Positions 54,554 through 61,634 of a DNA stretch of 64,000 bases are shown piece by piece. The position numbers were made by a program, and so were the translations under genes. Below the pieces are notes generated by a model that was not told where the DNA came from, made no database searches, and worked only from the letters and a program-made list of their open reading frames with translations. Numbering within the stretch: position 1 is the stretch's first letter; every line of letters starts with the position of its first letter. The stretch covers positions 42,165-106,164 of the forward strand of contig JAQBRR010000002.1 in NCBI GenBank assembly GCA_028286365.1, read 5' to 3'. Origin of the DNA: Candidatus Saccharimonadota bacterium. GTDB lineage: Bacteria; Patescibacteriota; Saccharimonadia; Saccharimonadales; Saccharimonadaceae.

Positions 54554-55603
54554 TTACTTTTCTGCCAATTCGTATGTGGCTTTGGCGACGCGTTTGAACT
54601 CTGGTTTACTCTGGAGATTGAGCAGAATAGTTGTCTCTTTGACTTGGCGGCTCTTAAGGACACGCTTAACGATTTCGTCGCGATGAAGCGGCACATCAGA
54701 TTTACGTAAAACATCAGCGATAATGTCTGAAACAGTTCCCTTAGAGAAGCCCCAGCTATCAAGTGCATAGATACCACGACCAATTAATACGAAGCGCTTG
54801 TCTTTGATTAATTCATTGTGAATTGCCTGAGTTGTGACATCTTTACGCTTGAAACTACTTTCCTTGATTGAACCAGCAATTTCAGAAAAGTGCATAGGCT
54901 TGCCATTGTCAGCGAGGATCACGTAGATTTTGTCGCGGATGTTTTTAGGGTTAACGGTTGGCCATTTGACCAGTCCCCAACTGTCTTTTAGGTGAGCAAG
55001 CAGTTTGCTGACACTCGCAAGTGCCTGAACATGTGATGGGTGCTCGTATGACAATTGTTCGTGTAATTGTTCAATAGTAAGTGGTTCACCGTGTGCCTTG
55101 ATGGCTTTAACAATAGCGTCAACTTCAGTCTTGATCTTTTTTTCGTCACCGTATTCACGAATACCAACTGCATTAAAGTAATCGTCATTTTCACCAACAA
55201 CAGTCAGGTTGGGTGCGAGTTCAGCGATAAAGGCAACATGTGCACGTTCGCGCTGGTCAGTTACTTTGCCGAGTAGTCGATCAGTTAGATCCTGGACTCT
55301 GGCGATGCGACCCATTTCAGTTAGGTTACGGATAAAGATCTTTTCAAGTGCCGTTACAGATTCGATTTTACCTTCTTCACTAGCAATCTTGAGGCGGATA
55401 AGAATCGCCTTCTCTAATTGGCGAACACGCTCACGGGTAATACCCAGAAGTTCGCCGATCTGCTCAAGTGTCTCGCGGCGGTCGTATAGGCCAAAGCGAC
55501 GTGTAATAATCTCACGCTCACGCTCTTGGTCGATGATCGATAAGACTTCACTCACACCTGATTTCAGGTCAACGGTCGTTTCTGTATCTGTCTGTCCGCT
55601 CAT
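54554..55603 (-). CDS. sigma-70 region-4-like HTH protein with C-terminal HARE-HTH-like modules
   Basis: EREIITRRFGLYDRRETLEQIGELLGITRERVRQLEKAILIRLK looks like region 4. A later block (HFSEIAG...IHNELIKDKRFVLIGRGIYAL) looks like HARE-HTH. Confidence 0.6.
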   Translation of the reverse strand: MSGQTDTETTVDLKSGVSEVLSIIDQEREREIITRRFGLYDRRETLEQIGELLGITRERVRQLEKAILIRLKIASEEGKIESVTALEKIFIRNLTEMGRIARVQDLTDRLLGKVTDQRERAHVAFIAELAPNLTVVGENDDYFNAVGIREYGDEKKIKTEVDAIVKAIKAHGEPLTIEQLHEQLSYEHPSHVQALASVSKLLAHLKDSWGLVKWPTVNPKNIRDKIYVILADNGKPMHFSEIAGSIKESSFKRKDVTTQAIHNELIKDKRFVLIGRGIYALDSWGFSKGTVSDIIADVLRKSDVPLHRDEIVKRVLKSRQVKETTILLNLQSKPEFKRVAKATYELAEK

Positions 55604-55662
55604 TATCGGTCTTTTCCTCTCAGCCTCACCACGGATGATTATTTATATTGTATCTATCTAAC

Positions 55663-55691
55663 ATTATACAAGATTATATTTATAATGTCAA
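55663..55691 (-). promoter_or_regulatory. consensus sigma-70-type promoter for the 54554-55603 gene
   Basis: Minus strand reads TTGACA-N17-TATAAT (55691-55686 and 55668-55663). SD GAGAGGAAAAG precedes the ATG. Confidence 0.6.
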
Positions 55692-55799
55692 CACATATAC
55701 GTTATAAGTTCATTATAGCATGAAATAGACATGGGCTGTAAAGAGTGTTGTGAGACTTTCTATATAGTCACTTTGTGGTCTTATTTAGCGTTACTAGCA

Positions 55800-55890
55800 C
55801 GGGTCCTGCCGTCCGGTTTGCCCCTAGATTTTTTTCTACCGATTACGGTCAGAAAACAAATCTGGGTGCTGCCCCACCGAACGTCACCCG
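55800..55890 (-). repeat. copy B of the ~88-nt long-hairpin element
   Basis: The reverse complement reads CGGGT-GA-CGTTCGG-TGGGGCAGCA-CCCAGATTT...TAAT...AAATCTAGGG-GCAAA-CCGGACG-GCAGG-ACCCG. Loops are identical to copy A and the stems covary. Confidence 0.7.
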
Positions 55891-55912
55891 CAGATAAGTC
55901 AAGCTCAATGTA

Positions 55913-58381
55913 TTACTTTGATTTTTTAGTAACGCGTTTTTTTGCTGGGGCTTTTTTACGCGTAGTAGTCTTTTTCACCGTAGTCTTACGGCCAAAGCGA
56001 CCCTTTTTGGCAGCTGGGGCAGCAGCGATCATTTCCTTAGCCTGTTCGTGTGTAATAGTTTTAGGATCAGTGTCCTTCGGGATCTTCGCGTTCTTGGTAC
56101 CATCTGTAACATAGGGGCCAAAACGACCGTTTAACACTTTAATACCATCACCAAAGTCACTAATATTCTTCTCTGCTTCACTCTTTAACTTAGCTGCGTA
56201 GAGCTCGAGTGCTTCTTCATGGGTAATTGTATGTGGATCAAGTGGCTTGATGCTAATGAATAGTTTGTCGACCTGGATGTAGGGGCCAAAGCGACCGATG
56301 TTAGCCTTTATATCGATACCTTCCGCTGTTTGACCGACGATACGTGGAAGTGTGAATGCGTGAAGCGCTTGTTCAAGTGTGACACTATCGATCTTTGTAC
56401 CGGCTGGCATGGGTGCAAATTGTGGCTTGTCGCTCTTGTCTTCACTATCGCCTAATCCGAGTTGTAACATCGGTCCAAAACGACCGAAACGCGCTAGTAT
56501 TGGCTTGCCAGATTTGGGGTCAATACCGATTTCACGAGCCTGGGCTACGTCAGAGCGCTTGATATCACCAGACTTCTCGATCAGTTCGTGGAACGGCGTG
56601 TAGAATTCTTGGAGCATGTCATTACGAGCTAGCTTACCGTCGGCAATAAGGTCGAATTCTTGTTCAACGTGTGCTGTGAAATCATAGTCAACGACCTGAG
56701 TGAAATTATTCGTCAAAAAGTCTGTAAGGACTTCACCACCAGGGGTCGGAACCAATTTGCCGCGATCAGATCCTGTATTCTCCTGGATAACTTTACGGAG
56801 CACGCCGTTTGACACGGTGTTAACTGTAGAAACCGTTTCACTCAGGGACTCCGTCTCTGGTTGCTCGACGCTTTGAGTCTCAGATGTTGAATTGTCCGAA
56901 ATGCTATCACCAATAGATAATACGATGACGTCACGTGGTGTTCCTTCACCTTCGCCCTTTTCTGCATATCCTCGAACTTGGACAGTATTAATAATAGTTG
57001 CGTAGGTTGATGGTCGACCGATACCGAGGTCTTCGAGTTTTTTGACGAGTGCACCTTCACTGTACCTGGCTGGCGGGCGTGCAAAGACTTGGCGAGCCTG
57101 GGCAGACGCTAGCTCTAGCGTGTCACCTGACGTCACTGCAGGTAGAATGTCGGCGTCTTTTTTGCTTCCGCCGTATACCTTCATGAAACCATCAAAGATA
57201 ATAACCTCGCCCTTGGCCTCGAACTGGTGTTTTGCAGTTGAAATAGTGATTGTGACCACTGTTTTTTCAAGTTTTGCAGGAGCCATTTGGCTGGCGAGCG
57301 TACGTGTACGAATTAAGTTGTAAAGCTTCTGATCGTATTCGTTACTGGTCGCATGCTCAAGCGCCATATTGGTTGGGCGAATTGCTTCGTGGGCTTCCTG
57401 GGCACTGGCGCTTTTTGTCTTGAAAGTGCGAACTTGGCTATACTCAGGCCCAAAGGCTGACTTAATATAGTCGGCTGCTGCAGCGATTGCCTGTCCTGAT
57501 AACGTGACAGAATCGGTACGCATGTAGGTGATCTTACCTTCTTGATAGAGCTTTTGGGCAGCTGACATGGTACTTCTGGCACTAAAACCGAGGCGGCTGT
57601 TAGCATCTTGTTGCAGAGTACTCGTTGTAAACGGTGCTCCAGGGTTACGGACACTAGGGCTAGTGGTAACATCGCTCACGGCAAAGCTCGCACTAATCAG
57701 TGATTCAAGAAATGCCTGGGCCTCTGTTTCCAGATCAAATCGCTGAGGTAGTTCAGCCTTTAACGTACCTCTTGCTGAGGTAAACTCTGCGGTTACTTTA
57801 AACTGCGCAGATCCAGCGAAAGCATCAATTTCTCGTTCGCGCTCAACAAGGAGGCGTACAGCTGGTGACTGGACGCGACCAGCAGACTTACCACCTGGGA
57901 CTTTTTGCCAGACGACTGGCGAAAGTTCAAAACCAACAATCCGGTCTAAGATTTGACGGGCTTGTTGTGCCTGAACGAGAGACATATCGACGGTACGTGG
58001 CTTTTTGATCGCCTCTGTAATGGCATCCTTGGTGATCTCGTGAAAGACAATACGATTAGTTTTAACAGGGTCTAGACCCAGTACTTCACAGAGATGCCAG
58101 GCAATCGCCTCCCCTTCGCGGTCTTCATCAGTTGCGAGCCAAATTACTTCTGCTGATTTCACGGCCTTTTTTAGCTCGGCAACAGTTTTTTTCTTTTCAC
58201 TATCAATTTCATATGTCGTCTTAAAGCCGTTATTTACTTCAATCGGTTCACCGCCCCCCTTAACCTTTTTGGCGATTGAACGGATGTGTCCAACACTCGA
58301 TAACACCTTAAAATCACTGCCGAGATACTTCTCGATAGTTTTGGCTTTGGCTGGTGATTCGACGATTACTAAGTTCTTCAT
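55913..58381 (-). CDS. topA: DNA topoisomerase I
   Basis: 822 aa with a TOPRIM N-terminus (LVIVESPAKAKTI, ATDEDREGEAIAWH) and active-site ITYMRTDS. Lys-rich C-terminal tail. Confidence 0.96.
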   Translation of the reverse strand: MKNLVIVESPAKAKTIEKYLGSDFKVLSSVGHIRSIAKKVKGGGEPIEVNNGFKTTYEIDSEKKKTVAELKKAVKSAEVIWLATDEDREGEAIAWHLCEVLGLDPVKTNRIVFHEITKDAITEAIKKPRTVDMSLVQAQQARQILDRIVGFELSPVVWQKVPGGKSAGRVQSPAVRLLVEREREIDAFAGSAQFKVTAEFTSARGTLKAELPQRFDLETEAQAFLESLISASFAVSDVTTSPSVRNPGAPFTTSTLQQDANSRLGFSARSTMSAAQKLYQEGKITYMRTDSVTLSGQAIAAAADYIKSAFGPEYSQVRTFKTKSASAQEAHEAIRPTNMALEHATSNEYDQKLYNLIRTRTLASQMAPAKLEKTVVTITISTAKHQFEAKGEVIIFDGFMKVYGGSKKDADILPAVTSGDTLELASAQARQVFARPPARYSEGALVKKLEDLGIGRPSTYATIINTVQVRGYAEKGEGEGTPRDVIVLSIGDSISDNSTSETQSVEQPETESLSETVSTVNTVSNGVLRKVIQENTGSDRGKLVPTPGGEVLTDFLTNNFTQVVDYDFTAHVEQEFDLIADGKLARNDMLQEFYTPFHELIEKSGDIKRSDVAQAREIGIDPKSGKPILARFGRFGPMLQLGLGDSEDKSDKPQFAPMPAGTKIDSVTLEQALHAFTLPRIVGQTAEGIDIKANIGRFGPYIQVDKLFISIKPLDPHTITHEEALELYAAKLKSEAEKNISDFGDGIKVLNGRFGPYVTDGTKNAKIPKDTDPKTITHEQAKEMIAAAPAAKKGRFGRKTTVKKTTTRKKAPAKKRVTKKSK

Positions 58382-58529
58382 ATATTACTTGTGTTTGTAT
58401 AGTAGCTAAACACAGTGGCTTAGTTTACGCAACTTGCCTCTATTTGTAAACAAGTTGACAAAGTGTCATATATTATTCTATGATATGCATCGTTGCCTTC
58501 GCGTCAAAAAACGCTTGAGGGCTGCACAT

Positions 58530-58542
58530 TGACAGAGTAATG
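58530..58542. repeat. left arm of a 13-bp perfect inverted repeat bracketing ORFan d
   Basis: TGACAGAGTAATG. Its reverse complement CATTACTCTGTCA is at 59185-59197. Confidence 0.6.
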
Positions 58543-58544
58543 AT

Positions 58545-58592
58545 CAGTTGCGCAATGAGACTATTATATATAGTAGTTTGATTGCGCAACTG
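58545..58592 (+). other. 12-bp perfect hairpin immediately upstream of ORFan d
   Basis: CAGTTGCGCAAT-(24-nt AT-rich loop)-ATTGCGCAACTG. Confidence 0.55.
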
Positions 58593-58610
58593 AATCGGTC
58601 AGATGCGCAG

Positions 58611-59075
58611 ATGGGGACATACAAAGTGATCAAGCTAGTAATAGATGGTGCTATCAACTCCAAGATCGATGACGCGAACAAGGCCCACAAGGTCGTTTCG
58701 CTCGCTATCGGTGCCACGGAGATTGAGCAGTACCTGCCGTTTGAGATCCGTCGAAAACTTGGCAAACGCGTCAAGGTCGTTCACGAGGGCAAGACCAGCT
58801 TCGACAAGGCTCTCGCCTACTTCGCTTACGACGGCGCACTCGTCATCACCTTCACGCCGTACAGGGAAACACCCAGGTACGTCGAGAAGCTTCGCACCCT
58901 ACTGGGTGGTGAAGTTTACGAGCGCATCAACGCCATCGCACGGGGAAATCTCAGGCTCGGTGGGACCATCCTCCGCTCGATTATCGTGACCAAGGAGTTT
59001 ACTCCGCACGAGATCGAAGCGATCGTCGCTTATGTGTCGAACGCTAAGCCTGTCAGGTTGGCGGCCACCGCCTAG
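58611..59075 (+). CDS. hypothetical protein; GC-shifted ORFan d
   Basis: 154 aa from the ATG at 58611 (the track start at 58548 runs through the hairpin). Counted lines are 53% and 60% G+C. Opposite in strand to its neighbours. No family recognised. Confidence 0.45.
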   Translation: MGTYKVIKLVIDGAINSKIDDANKAHKVVSLAIGATEIEQYLPFEIRRKLGKRVKVVHEGKTSFDKALAYFAYDGALVITFTPYRETPRYVEKLRTLLGGEVYERINAIARGNLRLGGTILRSIIVTKEFTPHEIEAIVAYVSNAKPVRLAATA

Positions 59076-59184
59076 ACAACTTCGGGGCTTGGGGACAGGC
59101 ATATGCCTGGTGAGCTTTTGCTCAAGAAGGCTGTTGGCCATTGTCGACTCACCTTCTCCCCTCGCCTTGTTGTTTACGAGCCGA

Positions 59185-59197
59185 CATTACTCTGTCA
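59185..59197. repeat. right arm of the 13-bp inverted repeat
   Basis: CATTACTCTGTCA is the reverse complement of 58530-58542. Confidence 0.6.
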
Positions 59198-59239
59198 GTT
59201 CACCATAGCGCTCAATATATATTGAGCATTGTGGTGAAC
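59198..59239. repeat. 42-nt palindrome (hairpin/cruciform)
   Basis: GTTCACCA-tagc-GCTCAATATATATTGAGC-attg-TGGTGAAC. The central 18-mer is perfectly palindromic. Confidence 0.6.
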
Positions 59240-59318
59240 TCAATTTGCTACGTATATGTATTGTAAGAAGTATTGTATAAAGCCAAAAGTTAATTGATAA
59301 TTAAAACCTTAAAATAAA

Positions 59319-59337
59319 CTGAGCAGAGGTCCGTCCT
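59319..59337 (+). repeat. copy 2 of 19-nt repeat CTGAGCAGAGGTCCGTCCT
   Basis: Identical to 12905-12923. AAATGGCAA follows 22 nt later (42 nt in copy 1). Confidence 0.6.
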
Positions 59338-59404
59338 TGGCAGAATATAAAAGCCCTAAAATGGCAATAGCCGCCCCCGTTAAGGGACGGCCAGAGGCCT
59401 TGGA

Positions 59405-59860
59405 TCAGGGACGGGATTTCGAGAGGATCTCGAGCATGCGGGTCATAGACCAACGCTCTTCGATCCGCAATCGTCGCTTATCCGGCGCCATCTTTTCGAT
59501 GACATCGACTGGTCTGAACGGTTTGCAGAGGTTGATGGTTTCGTTGTAGAGACCATAACCGAACAGCGAGCCGTCAAGCGAGCGATATGCGATGATCACC
59601 TCCTGGTGGTTGCCTAGGATCGAACCAACTGGTTCGAAGCGAACAAACGTTTCGTGATCCACTCTACGAGTGCGAGCACTTTCGGTGAATCTAATCAGTC
59701 GCTCGTTGTTCAGCGGGATGAGATCGAACTTCAAGTCACCCAGAATGAGCTTGAGCATGACGCTCACCTCAATGCGGGTGTCAGCGACATATACATGCTT
59801 TACCAAGGTAATCCTTCCTGTAAAATCCAAGGTCTCGCGGAACTTCCACGGACCCACCAA
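59405..59860 (-). CDS. hypothetical protein; GC-shifted ORFan e
   Basis: 151 aa (TTG/GTG start region at 59860-59855). One counted line is 53% G+C. A consensus promoter lies immediately upstream. No family recognised. Confidence 0.45.
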   Translation of the reverse strand: MVGPWKFRETLDFTGRITLVKHVYVADTRIEVSVMLKLILGDLKFDLIPLNNERLIRFTESARTRRVDHETFVRFEPVGSILGNHQEVIIAYRSLDGSLFGYGLYNETINLCKPFRPVDVIEKMAPDKRRLRIEERWSMTRMLEILSKSRP

Positions 59861-59903
59861 ACATTGAGATTATGATGAGCTATCCGGAGCTCGCGTAGGT
59901 ACT

Positions 59904-59932
59904 ATTATAGCATACTTACATTACAAAGTCAA
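59904..59932 (-). promoter_or_regulatory. consensus promoter driving ORFan e
   Basis: Minus strand reads TTGACT-N17-TATAAT with TGc extended -10, starting 5 nt after the dprA stop. Confidence 0.6.
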
Positions 59933-59936
59933 TTTA

Positions 59937-60794
59937 CTATCGAAGAGTCCATTGATTGCCACCAAGGGCACGGATTATGCCATTGATCTCTAGCATGGTT
60001 AGTGCCTGGGAGAATTCGCTTGCTTCTGTGTGCGACTCATCTTGGAGTTGATCGCCGTCACGAATACCAGACTGAATGAGCTTGATGATTTCAGTTTCTA
60101 GCGGCGTGCTGCCAAGTGCCAAGGACTGCTGCGGCTGTAATAAATCAGGGGCAATAATTTCTAATATGTCTTCGACAGACGTAACAGGCGTCGCTCCTTG
60201 TTTGATGAGGGCGTTACATCCAGCAGATAGAGGGCTCGTAATATTACCAGGAACGGCAAAGACTTCCCTGCCCTGTTCGAGCGCATGATTGACGGTTGAT
60301 AGTGTCCCACTACGGATTGCGGCTTCTGTAACAATAACCGCATCGGCTAGGCCACTAACAAGGCGATTACGCTCTAAAAAGTTAGTTTTATATATTCGAC
60401 TTTCTGGCTCGTATTCACTCATGATCGCTCCTCCACTGGCAACGATTTGTTTTGCGAGGTTGATATGTGTACGTGGGTAAATATCATCGACGCTCGTCGG
60501 TAGGATCGCAATGGTTGTACCGCCAGCATCCAGTGCCGCTTGGTGTGCGATTGAGTCAACCCCTAGTGCCAGGCCGCTCAGTATGATAATGCCCTTTTTC
60601 GCTAGATCATAGGCCAATTGATAGGTTACTTCCTTGCCATAGGTAGTTGGTTTACGAGAGCCAACAATGGCCACGGTAGGGATTCTATTGTCAGGCAACG
60701 TACCAATATAATGTAATTTTTTAGGCACTTTAGCAATAGTACCTATGATCTGTAAATACTTATGTTTCTGAGGTGATATGCTATTGATTTTCAT
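59937..60794 (-). CDS. dprA: DNA processing/protecting protein DprA
   Basis: VAIVGSRKPT.YG, SGLALGVDS.AH and VTEA...SGTL.T. Start is the ATG at 60794 (alternative TTG at 60809). Confidence 0.9.
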   Translation of the reverse strand: MKINSISPQKHKYLQIIGTIAKVPKKLHYIGTLPDNRIPTVAIVGSRKPTTYGKEVTYQLAYDLAKKGIIILSGLALGVDSIAHQAALDAGGTTIAILPTSVDDIYPRTHINLAKQIVASGGAIMSEYEPESRIYKTNFLERNRLVSGLADAVIVTEAAIRSGTLSTVNHALEQGREVFAVPGNITSPLSAGCNALIKQGATPVTSVEDILEIIAPDLLQPQQSLALGSTPLETEIIKLIQSGIRDGDQLQDESHTEASEFSQALTMLEINGIIRALGGNQWTLR

Positions 60795-60815
60795 AGTGAT
60801 TTGTTTCAAAAACTA

Positions 60816-60844
60816 TTGACATAATGTCAAACCTGTGCTAATAT
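60816..60844 (+). promoter_or_regulatory. consensus promoter with no ORF downstream
   Basis: TTGACA (60816-60821), a 17-nt spacer, then TGcTAATAT (-10 at 60839-60844). The -35 sits in the palindrome TTGACATAATGTCAA. Confidence 0.55.
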
Positions 60845-60850
60845 CAGGAA

Positions 60851-61101
60851 CGATTGGTTATATTGCGAGATTAACCAAATGTACCTTATACCCCCTATTC
60901 TAACTTATGTTAGGGTATGCGCAATGTGTTATCGAAGTAACTACCCTCCACTTAGATGACATCAAAAGCATTGCGTATATACTAATCCCTTTAACCAGCG
61001 AATGTCTGCGCTTTTTTAATCGAGATCGTTACGCTTGCCCTCGGGTGGGTTAAAGGGTAAAATGGCGCCAGGTGATGCCCACCCTTACCTGGTGCCTTTT
61101 T
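60851..61101 (+). ncRNA. candidate ~250-nt structured ncRNA of unknown class
   Basis: Bounded by a promoter and an intrinsic terminator, with no ORF of 60 aa or more. Helices by eye are 60854-60860/60872-60878, 60918-60926/60969-60977 and CCCTTTAACC 60987-60996/GGTTAAAGGG 61048-61057. Confidence 0.4.
61064..61101 (+). terminator. intrinsic terminator of the candidate ncRNA
   Basis: GGCGCCAGGT-(13-nt loop)-ACCTGGTGCC (10 bp, one G.U) followed by TTTTT. Confidence 0.65.
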
Positions 61102-61157
61102 AGTAGAAAATATAATAACTCCACATTGCGTGGAGTTATTTTGTATTCAGGGTGTCA

Positions 61158-61186
61158 GGGTGACGCGGAAAATCTCCGCGTCACCC
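61158..61186. terminator. 12-bp perfect hairpin downstream of ORFan f
   Basis: GGGTGACGCGGA-aaatc-TCCGCGTCACCC, 22 nt past the stop of the minus-strand ORF. Confidence 0.5.
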
Positions 61187-61207
61187 GTGACGTCTGTCTC
61201 ACTCGCC

Positions 61208-61561
61208 CTAGATCTTGTCGACCTGCTCGAGTGCGTCACAGACCTGCGTGGAGCTTATGAGCTCATCCACGTAGCGCTGATAGCGCTGGTAGGACCTGAT
61301 GTTGTTGCCGACGACAAACAGGATGGGCAGATACTTACCTTGCAGCGCGAGACCCCAGGGGGTTGCGTAGAGCTGCGATGTCAGGATTTGAACACAGAAC
61401 ACGTCGCGCTCGATATTTCCGTTCCAGTACACCCACATCGGGCGTGCCTGGAGTGACTCTGATACACGGTGCCGTCGGTTGTCGTTGACGGTCCTGAAGA
61501 TCAGGGCCGCGTGGTCAGGGTCGTCACGAACGAGTGTTTCGTAGTGGGTCGATGATGACAT
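61208..61561 (-). CDS. hypothetical protein; GC-shifted ORFan f
   Basis: 117 aa. One counted line is 55% G+C. SD GAGAGGA. No family recognised. Confidence 0.45.
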   Translation of the reverse strand: MSSSTHYETLVRDDPDHAALIFRTVNDNRRHRVSESLQARPMWVYWNGNIERDVFCVQILTSQLYATPWGLALQGKYLPILFVVGNNIRSYQRYQRYVDELISSTQVCDALEQVDKI

Positions 61562-61634
61562 AGTGCTATCCTCTCGGATCGGGGGTGTGACAGGCGTCTC
61601 GATATTTATACATGTATTTTAGCTATGTCGCAAG

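Noticed and set aside
55800-55890. The long-hairpin element interpreted as a plain intrinsic terminator.
   Set aside because: Neither strand has a U-tract after the stem. Copy A (21286-21373) is not downstream of any co-oriented gene. The loop sequences are perfectly conserved while the stems covary, which termination alone does not explain.
60816-60830. The palindrome TTGACATAATGTCAA considered as a divergent double -35, serving both dprA and the ncRNA.
   Set aside because: On the minus strand there is no acceptable -10 at 17±1 nt (GAAACA), so I support only the + strand promoter. The palindrome may instead be a regulator site, but I have no further evidence.
61072-61260. The 62-aa and 108-aa + strand ORFs downstream of the candidate ncRNA (61072-61260 and 61130-61456).
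   Set aside because: The first begins inside the terminator stem. Both are antisense shadows of the GC-rich ORFan f region and lack an SD or promoter.
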